The position numbers were made by a program, and so were the translations under genes. The notes beneath the pieces were generated by a model, which was not told the DNA's origin, made no database searches, and saw nothing but the letters and a program-made list of their open reading frames with translations. DNA of 64,000 nucleotides from Lysobacterales bacterium (lineage in GTDB: Bacteria; Pseudomonadota; Gammaproteobacteria; Xanthomonadales; SZUA-5), in contig JALHMH010000007.1 in the NCBI GenBank assembly GCA_022844165.1, forward strand, positions 1 through 64,000, written 5' to 3'. Shown in pieces: positions 49,188 through 58,206 of the stretch (the first letter of the stretch is position 1; each line of letters starts with the position of its first letter).

Positions 49188-50104
49188 GCCTCGATCAGAA
49201 CTACCTGCAATATCCGCTGCGCCGTCGCGGCATGGACCACGACCGCTACCCTTTTTCGATGCTGCACGAGCGACCGCCGCTGCGTTGGCCGGGCGACAAA
49301 CCACTCGCGATCAGCATCGTCGTGGCCGTTGAGCATTTCCCGCTCAACCAGCAGGGCAGGCCATTCAAGGTGCCGGGCGGCATGACCACCGCCTATCCGG
49401 ACTTACGCCACTTCAGCCTGCGCGACTATGGCAATCGCGTCGGCATCTGGCGGATTTTGCGAGCGCTCGATGCCGCAGGAGTGCCGGCCAGTTTTGCGCT
49501 CAATGCGGCCGTCATCGAGCGCTTCCCGACCCTGGCGCGCTCTCTCGCCGCACGCGGAGATGAGCTGATCGCCCATGGTTTGCATATGGACGCATTGCAT
49601 CATCAAGGATTGGGTGAAGACACCGAACGCCACTGGATCGAGTCGGCACGCGATGCATTGACCGCGATCGGCCCTGCGCCCCGCGGTTGGCTCAGCCCCG
49701 CCAAACAGCAAAGTGCGCTGACGCCGGATTTGCTGCAGGAAGCAGGTTTTAGTTACATGCTCGATTGGATCAACGACGAATGGCCATATCGCTTTGCGAC
49801 GCGAAATGGCTCGATCACCGCTGTTCCGCTGTCGACTGAGCTGGAGGACCGATTTGTGATGTTGCACAACCTGCACAGCGAAAACAGCTGGGTCACTCAA
49901 GTGTCGGATGCCATCGATTGGCTGAGCTCAGAAGCCTCCACCGGCAGCCCCCGCCTGCTGACATTGCTGGTCCATGCCTGGGTGATCGGACAAGCGCACA
50001 GAATCGCGGCATTTGAGAAGCTTCTTGCAGCTATCGCAGCACTCAACGATACGATCGTCATTTCTCCGCACACGATTGCATCATCTTTCGTGGCTAACGC
50101 TTAG
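49184..50104 (+). CDS. Second PuuE-like polysaccharide-deacetylase-family protein
   Basis: WPGDKPLA, VEHF, RDYGNRVG, AHGLH, GWLSP and NDEWP motifs; ATGA overlap. Confidence 0.85.
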   Translation: MSLDQNYLQYPLRRRGMDHDRYPFSMLHERPPLRWPGDKPLAISIVVAVEHFPLNQQGRPFKVPGGMTTAYPDLRHFSLRDYGNRVGIWRILRALDAAGVPASFALNAAVIERFPTLARSLAARGDELIAHGLHMDALHHQGLGEDTERHWIESARDALTAIGPAPRGWLSPAKQQSALTPDLLQEAGFSYMLDWINDEWPYRFATRNGSITAVPLSTELEDRFVMLHNLHSENSWVTQVSDAIDWLSSEASTGSPRLLTLLVHAWVIGQAHRIAAFEKLLAAIAALNDTIVISPHTIASSFVANA

Positions 50105-50128
50105 GCATTGATTTCATGCGGCTCCGAG

Positions 50129-51223
50129 CTACCGCCCCCGCGCACTCAAATAGCCGCGGCCGCGCTCCATCAGCGATACGAAACCGACTTCGTCGCCAGC
50201 ATCCACGCAGCGGCGAATTTCCGTGACAGCGTTGAGCAATGCATCGAGAGCTTCGCGCCGATGATCGTTGAGGTGTTGAATTTCGAAGTACAAGCGTGGG
50301 TTTTCCTTCGCCACTGCGCTGGCGATGCGCAATTGATTGTCGAAGGTGGTGCTGGAGAGCTGTGCAAGTTTGGGCGCTGCTTCGCCAGAGTTCGCGAGCG
50401 CGGTGAAAAACGCAATGTTGAGCGCGTGCGACAAACCCAGAACGTAAGCAACCAGGTGGTCATGTTCGGTCAGCGGCATTTCTACCAGCTGCGCCATCGT
50501 GTCGGCAAAAAGCGCACGCGCCGCCGCAACCGGTTCGGCGCCGTTCACTGGCATCAGCAGAACGTGCCGATCCGACAGCAAAGCAGCGTCGGGCCCGAAC
50601 ATTGGATGCACCGAGCAGATCCGCAGCCCGGCCATCGCGCATGCCTTCAGTCCCGAAAGCAGGGGCGACTTGAGCGAACCCACATCAAAGACAAGACCAC
50701 TCGGTTTGCGCTCCGCAAGCTGGAGCAAAATCTCATTGCTGACGCGCAACGGCGCGGCGACAACGATCAAGTCGTGATCGAGCGGAGCACCGGTCCAGTC
50801 GGTGGCGTCGACGCCGTCCGGCGCGCCGCTGGGATCACTGACGCTGAGCGCAAAGCCTTGCGCATCTAAGAAACGCGATAACCAGCGACCCATGCGGCCG
50901 TTGCCGCCGATGATCAGAGCCCGGCGTCCACCGCCTTTGGCCGCCAGACGCACACGGTCCTGCTCCTGAGTGGTCAGCGACGACTCGATGAGCAGCTGCA
51001 TCACCTTCTCGGCCAGTGCCGGATCGAGACCGTGGCCAGCCGCACGCTCGCGCACATGGGAGATGACCTGACGCTCACGCTGATAGTCGCGCAACTGCTG
51101 GCCTTGCGCATGTTTCCAGCGCCCGATCTCTGCCACCAGCGCCTGGCGCTGGGCAATCGCAGCAATCAACTCGGCGTCGACACGGTCCAGCTCCGCGCGC
51201 AGTTCCGCCAGTGGCCTCGTCAT
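50129..51223 (-). CDS. tyrA: Bifunctional chorismate mutase/prephenate dehydrogenase
   Basis: N-terminal AroQ-type LRAELDRVD..RE; GGNGRMG, DVGSLK, HPMFGP and HD motifs. Confidence 0.85.
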   Translation of the reverse strand: MTRPLAELRAELDRVDAELIAAIAQRQALVAEIGRWKHAQGQQLRDYQRERQVISHVRERAAGHGLDPALAEKVMQLLIESSLTTQEQDRVRLAAKGGGRRALIIGGNGRMGRWLSRFLDAQGFALSVSDPSGAPDGVDATDWTGAPLDHDLIVVAAPLRVSNEILLQLAERKPSGLVFDVGSLKSPLLSGLKACAMAGLRICSVHPMFGPDAALLSDRHVLLMPVNGAEPVAAARALFADTMAQLVEMPLTEHDHLVAYVLGLSHALNIAFFTALANSGEAAPKLAQLSSTTFDNQLRIASAVAKENPRLYFEIQHLNDHRREALDALLNAVTEIRRCVDAGDEVGFVSLMERGRGYLSARGR

Positions 51224-51651
51224 CCGGCGATGTACTGCGTCAACTGTGCGATCTCCGCGTCTTGCGCTTTGATGATCGCGCGCACCAGATCGCCGATCGA
51301 CAACATGCCGACGACTTTGCCGCCGTCCAGCACCGGCAGATGGCGAATGCGCTTGTCGGTCATCAGCCGCATGCACTCGCGAGCGCGAGAATCCAGGCCA
51401 ACAGTGATCAGTGGCGCTGGCGTCATGATGTCGCCCACCGGTGTGTCCTTCGAAGAGCGGCCCTTCAGGACCACTTTGCGTGCGTAATCGCGCTCGCTCA
51501 AGATGCCGACCAGCGCCTCGCCGTCCATCACCAGCAAAGCACCGATGCTTTTCTCCGCCATCAAGGCCACAGCCTCGATCACCGGCTGCTGCGGCGCCAC
51601 GGCGAAAATTCCTTTGGGCTTATCGGCAAGCAATTGGCTGACGGGGACCAT
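51220..51651 (-). CDS. Tandem CBS-domain protein
   Basis: GILSERDYARK and RIRHLPV..GMLSIGDLV motifs. Confidence 0.9.
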   Translation of the reverse strand: MVPVSQLLADKPKGIFAVAPQQPVIEAVALMAEKSIGALLVMDGEALVGILSERDYARKVVLKGRSSKDTPVGDIMTPAPLITVGLDSRARECMRLMTDKRIRHLPVLDGGKVVGMLSIGDLVRAIIKAQDAEIAQLTQYIAG

Positions 51652-51721
51652 GGCACACCTCGAGGCTTGGCACGCTTCGATTATTGTCCTGTTCGATGCG
51701 CGCCGCCAAGCGCAAATACGC

Positions 51722-53740
51722 CTACCAGATCGCCACCCGCTCTTCTGGCCCCTGCACCATGCCATCGTCTGCTTTGCAGGAGAACGCTTTCTTGAATTCG
51801 GGCATGTTCGCCAATGGGCCGTTGACCCGGAACTTGCCTGGCGCATGCGGACCGGTATTCACCTGCATTTTCAGCGCCTCGTCGGTCCAGTTACGGCGCC
51901 AAACTTGCGCCCAACCAAAGAAGAAGCGCTGCGCTGGCGTCAGGCCATCGATCTCTTCGCCTTTTTTGCCTTCGAGTGCGCGATCCAGCGCCGCGTAAGC
52001 CACCGTCAGGCCGCCGAGGTCAGCAATGTTCTCGCCCAAACTGACACGGCCGTTCAATCGCATGTCGCCGATCGCCACAAACCGCCCAGCCTGATCGACG
52101 AGTTTTTGCGCCCGCGCATCGAATTCTTTGCGATCGGCATCGGTCCACCACATGCGTAACTGCCCTTGCGCATCGAAGCGGCTGCCCGAGTCATCGAAAC
52201 CGTGCAGCAGTTCGTGGCCAATCACCGCGCCGATCGAGCCATAGTTCAACGCATCATCGGCCTCGGCATCGAAAAATGGCGGTTGCAGGATGCCCGCAGG
52301 AAAGACGATTTCGTTCCACAGCGGGTTGTAATACGCGTTCACCTGCTGCGGTGGCATGCCCCATTCGGTCTTGTCGATAGGTTTGCCGATCTTGGCCAGC
52401 TCTTCTTGTTGCTCGAAGGCGCCGAGGCTGCGCACATTGGCGAAATAGGTATCGGCTTTGAGCGCGACGCCAGAGTAGTCCCGCCACTTGTCCGGATACC
52501 CAATCTTTGGCGTGAAGGTGGCCCATTTTTCGATGGCCTGCTTTTTCGTGTCCGCGCTCATCCACTCCAGTTGTTCGAGGCGATCCTTCAGCGCCAGCTT
52601 CAAATTCTCGATCATCGCCATCATTCGCGCCTTGGCTTCCGCCGGGAAATGTTTGGCAACGAACAACTGGCCCAGCGGCTCGCCAAGCAAGAAGTTCATC
52701 TGCTCGATGGTGCGGATATCGCGCGGCTTCTGTTCCTTCTGACCGCGCAGCGTTTGATCGTAGAAGCGAAAGTTCTCATCGACGAAAGCCTGCGTGAGAA
52801 ACGGAGCAGCGCTGCGCGAAAGCTGCCACGTCAGATAGGCACGCCATACCTCAATTGGCGTGTCTTTCAATGCCGCATCCATCACCGCAAAAAACTGCGG
52901 GTGAGAAAACGAGAATTCGTCGACCTCTGTCAGCGTCAGCGCATCGAAGTAGGCGCGCCAATCAACATTCGGAGTGGCTTGACTGGCTGCAACGATGGTC
53001 TGAATGTTGTAACTCTTGTTCGGGTCGCGCATCTCTTCGCGCGGCAAGTGCGACTGCGCAAACCGGCGCTCGAGTTCAGCGATCGCAGCAGCGCTCTCGC
53101 GCGCGGCATCGGTCTGATAGCCGCTCAGTTCGAGCATCTTCGCCACATGCTCCAGATACGCCTCGATCTGTTTCTTTGACGCATCGTCGTCGCGCAGATA
53201 AAAATCGCGATTGGGCAAACCCAGGCCGCCCTGCATTGCGTACGGGATAACCCGCGTATTGTCTTTGAGGTCCTGACGGACGCCCAGACCGAACAGCATT
53301 GGCGTGCCATTCGCATGGAAGCGCTGCACCAGCGCCATCACACCTGCCGCGTCTTCGATTTGGGCGATCTCCGCCAAATCGGCATCGATGGGCGTTGTGC
53401 CGAGTTTTTCGATAGTGGCCAGGTCCATGGCGGAAGCAAAAAACTGACCCACCTGATGTTCCGGCGAACCGGGCGTTACTGCACCATTGCCCGCTGCGGC
53501 TTTGGCGATCGCCAGAAGGCGCGCATTGTTGCGGTCTTCGAGCTCATTAAAGGTGCCCCAGCTCGAATAAGCGCCCGGCACGGGGTTGTTCTTGAGCCAC
53601 CGGCCGTTGGCATGCACGTAAAAGTCGCTGCAGGCACTGACCTCCTTGTCGGCATTGCCTAAGTCGATGCCGGCCTGATTGGTTTTTGCGGCCAAGGGCA
53701 GCGACAATGCGGAGACGATAGCCAGAGCGAGCAGGCGCAT
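51722..53740 (-). CDS. M13-family (neprilysin/PepO-like) zinc metallopeptidase
   Basis: Signal peptide; VNAYY, GHELLHGFD (HExxH) and GENIAD motifs. Confidence 0.95.
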   Translation of the reverse strand: MRLLALAIVSALSLPLAAKTNQAGIDLGNADKEVSACSDFYVHANGRWLKNNPVPGAYSSWGTFNELEDRNNARLLAIAKAAAGNGAVTPGSPEHQVGQFFASAMDLATIEKLGTTPIDADLAEIAQIEDAAGVMALVQRFHANGTPMLFGLGVRQDLKDNTRVIPYAMQGGLGLPNRDFYLRDDDASKKQIEAYLEHVAKMLELSGYQTDAARESAAAIAELERRFAQSHLPREEMRDPNKSYNIQTIVAASQATPNVDWRAYFDALTLTEVDEFSFSHPQFFAVMDAALKDTPIEVWRAYLTWQLSRSAAPFLTQAFVDENFRFYDQTLRGQKEQKPRDIRTIEQMNFLLGEPLGQLFVAKHFPAEAKARMMAMIENLKLALKDRLEQLEWMSADTKKQAIEKWATFTPKIGYPDKWRDYSGVALKADTYFANVRSLGAFEQQEELAKIGKPIDKTEWGMPPQQVNAYYNPLWNEIVFPAGILQPPFFDAEADDALNYGSIGAVIGHELLHGFDDSGSRFDAQGQLRMWWTDADRKEFDARAQKLVDQAGRFVAIGDMRLNGRVSLGENIADLGGLTVAYAALDRALEGKKGEEIDGLTPAQRFFFGWAQVWRRNWTDEALKMQVNTGPHAPGKFRVNGPLANMPEFKKAFSCKADDGMVQGPEERVAIW

Positions 53741-53858
53741 CAGCGATTCCAGCGAGTTAAAAGGGGGGCGCATTGTTGCCAACGTAGGCTAAATGTCCAG
53801 TGCTGGAAGTTAGGGTGGGTGGGTGGATCCTGGGTCTGAATGTGCTGAGAATGGCGAC

Positions 53859-54803
53859 ATGCGTCTTGCTCTGGCCCTCATCGCTGTTCTCGCATTGATC
53901 CTGTTGGCCGTATGGCGGGTCTCAACCGATCCGGTCAGCGAATCACCGCAGGCTGTCGATGCACTCGCGCCGCCGGTATTCGTGCCGCCACGTGTCCGCG
54001 ATACGCGCGCTATCGATGCGGCACTGCCGATTTCCCAAACGCCCCTGGCAGCGTCCGAGGACGCGTTGTTCGAAGCTGCCCGTGCCGGCAGCGGCGAGGC
54101 GGCCTGGCGGCTGGTACAAGCCCTCAGTGCGTGCGCGCAGTCGGAAATGGTGACCGCGACGCTGCTGGAGAACGGTCGGGTCGACGACAAGATGCGCGTA
54201 TTGATGGAGGAGTATCTGGTCCACGCCGATCGCTTCTGCGCCGGATCCGATGGCGACTTCGATACGCGACGGGTACAGGCGCTGAAACTCGGCGTTGTCA
54301 GCGGCGACGTGCGTGCGCTTTGGGCGTACATTCAGTCGCCACCCTTCACCACGCCGCTGGCCATTCGCGATGCCGAAGAGGTTCGTCGCTACCTGCATGA
54401 CGCGCCGACGATTGCCGCGCATCTGGTTGAACAAGGTTACATTGAAGCTGCCGCAGCGCTCGCCGGCGCCTACGACGGCCACAGCAAGCCCGCGCAGCGG
54501 ACCGGCGGCATTCCTCGTCTCGACAGCGAGGGTCTCGCCAAGCTGGGTGAGATGCGCGTGCCGCGATTGAGCCAGTCGCTTTTGGCTCAGGCGGTGCCGG
54601 ACGATCCCGTGCTCGCCTGGCGTTACGCGAATCTGTGTCAGACCAGCGCCATGTATCGGCCCTACTGCGCGCAGATCGAACGCGAAAACGAGCCATTTCT
54701 AACGGCAAAGGACCGCGAAAAAGCGCTGATGTGGGTCGAACAAATGCGCCCACGCATGACGCGAGAAGCGTTGTCATTCATGAACCCGGCTGCGTCGCTG
54801 TGA
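53859..54803 (+). CDS. Membrane-anchored hypothetical protein (Sel1-like helices), paralogue A
   Basis: N-terminal TM; helical repeats with conserved Cys; co-linear similarity to the next ORF. Confidence 0.7.
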   Translation: MRLALALIAVLALILLAVWRVSTDPVSESPQAVDALAPPVFVPPRVRDTRAIDAALPISQTPLAASEDALFEAARAGSGEAAWRLVQALSACAQSEMVTATLLENGRVDDKMRVLMEEYLVHADRFCAGSDGDFDTRRVQALKLGVVSGDVRALWAYIQSPPFTTPLAIRDAEEVRRYLHDAPTIAAHLVEQGYIEAAAALAGAYDGHSKPAQRTGGIPRLDSEGLAKLGEMRVPRLSQSLLAQAVPDDPVLAWRYANLCQTSAMYRPYCAQIERENEPFLTAKDREKALMWVEQMRPRMTREALSFMNPAASL

Positions 54804-55837
54804 CGCGCTGGCAGGCATGGAATTCGACGGCACTCATCGTGGCTGTGCTCGCGGTGGGCCTGGTTTGGTGGTCGGCGACGCCGCCCAAGGTCGACGTGGT
54901 CGTGGCCCGGTCGCCCGACGATACGATTGCTGCGCCCGAGGGCATATCGCGAATCTCAGCGGCACACGCGGAGCTGTCGGCTACGAGGATGGCTGACGCA
55001 GCGCAACGTCGCGATGCCAACCCGACCTTCCGGGCCGATAGTGCACGCTGGCGAGCGGCGTTTGACAACGGCGATCTGGCAGCTGGAATGGCCTGGTATC
55101 GCGCACTCACGCGATGCGACATGTACGTCGCGGCGTTGAAGGCCCTGGCTGAGAATGAGACGGACGCGCGGCTGTCGGGGCGCAGCCATGAACCCCGGTT
55201 ACGGTGGTCGCAAGAACCCGAAGCGCGGTATTGCGGCCGCGAAGCCATCGGCCCGGAGCAGCGCTTCGAGCTGCTGTTACGTCTGGCACAGGCCGGTGAC
55301 TTGCAATCACAGCTTGAGTTCGCACTGAATCCGCCGCTGCAGGCAGCCCGCGCGGTGGCCGAGATCGAACTCATCGAGCGCTACCGTCGACTTGCGCCGG
55401 GAATATTGCTCGCAGCCTTCGAGCAGGGCAGTCACATCGCATTGCACGCGCTACTGGAGGCGCATGTGCCACCGCGCGTGCCGGCGCTGCGAATGACCAG
55501 GAGTGGCTCGATGCACTCGCCCAAGCCTGCCGGCGAAGACCCCGTGGCCCACCTGGCGCGCTTCTACCATGTCCGCGTCATGCATCACCCGCCGCACCAC
55601 CAGATCATTCAGCCCGACGCCCGCAGCGCGTATCGCTACGCGCTGTTGTGCGAGGCGGTCTGCAACCCGCATTGGAAAGGCCAGGCACAGCGCGCGATCA
55701 CCGAATTGACGCCCACGCTGACGCCGGCCGAAAGGTTGGCTGCCAAACAGGACGCGAATCGCGCCCGGATGCGCTACTTCGCAACGCCCGATCGCTCGCT
55801 TCCGGTCAGGATCGGCCAATGGTGGGGAATGTACTGA
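54800..55837 (+). CDS. Membrane-anchored hypothetical protein (Sel1-like helices), paralogue B
   Basis: GTGA overlap with paralogue A; TM helix; shared motifs. Confidence 0.7.
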   Translation: MTRWQAWNSTALIVAVLAVGLVWWSATPPKVDVVVARSPDDTIAAPEGISRISAAHAELSATRMADAAQRRDANPTFRADSARWRAAFDNGDLAAGMAWYRALTRCDMYVAALKALAENETDARLSGRSHEPRLRWSQEPEARYCGREAIGPEQRFELLLRLAQAGDLQSQLEFALNPPLQAARAVAEIELIERYRRLAPGILLAAFEQGSHIALHALLEAHVPPRVPALRMTRSGSMHSPKPAGEDPVAHLARFYHVRVMHHPPHHQIIQPDARSAYRYALLCEAVCNPHWKGQAQRAITELTPTLTPAERLAAKQDANRARMRYFATPDRSLPVRIGQWWGMY

Positions 55838-55841
55838 GCCA

Positions 55842-56513
55842 TCACCACGGCAAACGTGTGCCATTGGCATGCCAGAACGTACCGGTCTGGGCATGTCCCA
55901 GGTTGTCGATCTGATTGAGCAACTGTGCGGCCGACTCGTCGGCGCTCACATCGCCGCTGCCGCCCGTCATGTCCGTCCGTACGAAACCAGGATGCAGCAG
56001 AAACACCGAGATGCCGCGGTTTTTTAGATCAAGAGCCAACGTTTTGCCCATCATATTCATCGCCGCTTTGCTCATCCGATAGCCGTAATAACCGCCAGAG
56101 CTGTTGTCTTCAACCGATCCCATCCGGCTGGTGATCAGCGCCAACTTGCTGCCTTCGCGCAGCGACGGCATCAGGGACTCGGCCAACACCAGTGGCGCCA
56201 GAGCATTGACCTCGAATTGCCGGCGGATGCCGTCCAACTTCGTCGCGACGTTGCCAAACATTTCGCGATCGAGCACGCCTGCGTTGAGGATGGCGCGATC
56301 GACGATTCGGCCAGCCACAGCCTCAGCAACCCGCGCCACACCGGCCGTCGACGTGAGTTCGATATCCGATATAACCTCAACACCCAGAGAACCCAAAGCT
56401 TCGCTCGGGGAACGGCATACCGCTACAACATCATCGCCGCGGGCTTTCGATAGCTTGCTCATCGAAAACCCAATGCCGCGCGCAGCGCCGGTGATCAAAG
56501 TAACGGACATCAT
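55842..56513 (-). CDS. Short-chain dehydrogenase (CsgA/C-factor-like)
   Basis: TGAARGIG, NAG, TSRMGS, YRMSKAA and HPGFVRTDM motifs. Confidence 0.9.
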   Translation of the reverse strand: MMSVTLITGAARGIGFSMSKLSKARGDDVVAVCRSPSEALGSLGVEVISDIELTSTAGVARVAEAVAGRIVDRAILNAGVLDREMFGNVATKLDGIRRQFEVNALAPLVLAESLMPSLREGSKLALITSRMGSVEDNSSGGYYGYRMSKAAMNMMGKTLALDLKNRGISVFLLHPGFVRTDMTGGSGDVSADESAAQLLNQIDNLGHAQTGTFWHANGTRLPW

Positions 56514-56660
56514 TTGCTCCTCGAATCGAGTTGAATGACCTGCAGCGAACCGATCGTCAATATTGACCCCATCCCATGATATTGACCAGCATCCAGCGCA
56601 CAAACTGTGCGTCACCGCCACACTGTGCTTTCCTACCGCAATGCCGAACCGAAGCGAATT

Positions 56661-57554
56661 ATGGATATTGAAGCCGTCAGAGCCTACTTGATGAACCTGC
56701 AGGACCGCATTTGTGCCGCCCTGGAGGCACACGAACCGAACGCGCGTTTCGCCGAAGACCGGTGGCAGCGCGACGAAGGCGGCGGTGGGCGCACGCGCGT
56801 GTTGAAACGCGGCGCAGTGTTCGAACAAGCCGGCATTGGGTTCTCCGATGTTCATGGCCACTCGCTCCCGGCCAGCGCCAGCGCCCATCGTCCCGAGATC
56901 GCCGGGCGCAGTTTTCGCGCGCTCGGTGTGTCCTTGGTTTTACACCCGAACAATCCGTACCTGCCGACAACACACATGAACGTGCGCGTGTTCTCTGCCG
57001 GTGACGTTTTCTGGTTCGGTGGTGGCTTCGATCTGACGCCGTTTTATCCGATCGACGAGGACATCGCGCACTGGCATCGCACCGCACATGAGCTTTCGGC
57101 ACCTTTTGGTGCGGATGTGTATGCGCGCTACAAGCGCTGGTGCGATGAGTACTTTTATCTCAAACATCGAGGCGAGACGCGCGGTGTGGGCGGTTTGTTT
57201 TTCGATGACTTGTCCATGCCCGACTTTACCGCAGCATTCGCCTATCAGCGCGCAGTCGGCGATGGGTTTCTCGATGCCTATCTGCCGATTGTAGAACGTC
57301 GTAAGAACACACCGTTTGGGTCTCGCGAACGCGAGTTCCAGCGCTATCGTCGCGGACGTTATGTGGAATTCAACCTGGTGTGGGATCGCGGCACGCTGTT
57401 CGGCCTGCAATCGGGCGGTCGCACCGAATCGATACTGATGTCGCTGCCACCTGAAGTGCGATTCGAGTACGGCTATGCGCCAGAGCCAGGCAGCGTGGAA
57501 GCGAAATTGAACGACTACCTGCGGCCACGCGATTGGCTTGCGGAATTGTCGTGA
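56661..57554 (+). CDS. hemF: Oxygen-dependent coproporphyrinogen III oxidase
   Basis: [31 protein letters not shown] and [10 protein letters not shown] motifs. Confidence 0.97.
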   Translation: MDIEAVRAYLMNLQDRICAALEAHEPNARFAEDRWQRDEGGGGRTRVLKRGAVFEQAGIGFSDVHGHSLPASASAHRPEIAGRSFRALGVSLVLHPNNPYLPTTHMNVRVFSAGDVFWFGGGFDLTPFYPIDEDIAHWHRTAHELSAPFGADVYARYKRWCDEYFYLKHRGETRGVGGLFFDDLSMPDFTAAFAYQRAVGDGFLDAYLPIVERRKNTPFGSREREFQRYRRGRYVEFNLVWDRGTLFGLQSGGRTESILMSLPPEVRFEYGYAPEPGSVEAKLNDYLRPRDWLAELS

Positions 57555-58198
57555 TCGAAGTGCTGGCGCTCACCGAGCGTTTTGTCGCGCTCAATAAGCC
57601 GGCCGGCATCACGGTGATTCCAGCGCGGGATGAAGCGCCGGGGCAGGCGCTCAGGCAGCGCGCGGAGATCGAGCTGGGGCGGCCGCTGTGGGTCGTGCAT
57701 CGCCTGGATCGAGATACCAGTGGCGTGCTGTTGTTTGCGCTCGATGCCGATGCGCATCGCCAATTGAATCTGGCCTTCGAGCGCGGCCGCGTGGAGAAAA
57801 CCTATCTTGCGTGGGTGGCCGGCGTGCCCGAACCACCGAAGGGTCGGATCGACGGTGCATTGCACGCTGCCCGGAAGGGCAAAATGCGTCCGGCGCTGCC
57901 GGGTGAGCCGGGCGCCAAAGCCGCCGCCACGCGATACGCGATTGACCGTCTTTCGATGCACCAGCAGCAGCCCATCAGCTGCCTGCGTTGTTGGCCGGAA
58001 ACCGGCCGACAGCATCAGATTCGCGTCCACCTGCGCAGCATTGGTCACCCGATCCTAGGCGACGCCGTCTATGGAAAGACCGTGCAATCCTGGGCCCCAC
58101 GATGTCTGCTGCACGCTCAGCGTATTGTCGTACCGGCCGTCGGCGCTTTAGCGCCGATGAACATCGAAGCACCATCGCCGCCGGACTTCGATTGCTGA
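57551..58198 (+). CDS. RluA-family pseudouridine synthase
   Basis: [24 protein letters not shown] and ILGDAVYG motifs. Confidence 0.92.
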   Translation: MIEVLALTERFVALNKPAGITVIPARDEAPGQALRQRAEIELGRPLWVVHRLDRDTSGVLLFALDADAHRQLNLAFERGRVEKTYLAWVAGVPEPPKGRIDGALHAARKGKMRPALPGEPGAKAAATRYAIDRLSMHQQQPISCLRCWPETGRQHQIRVHLRSIGHPILGDAVYGKTVQSWAPRCLLHAQRIVVPAVGALAPMNIEAPSPPDFDC

Positions 58199-58206
58199 CC
58201 TCGTTT

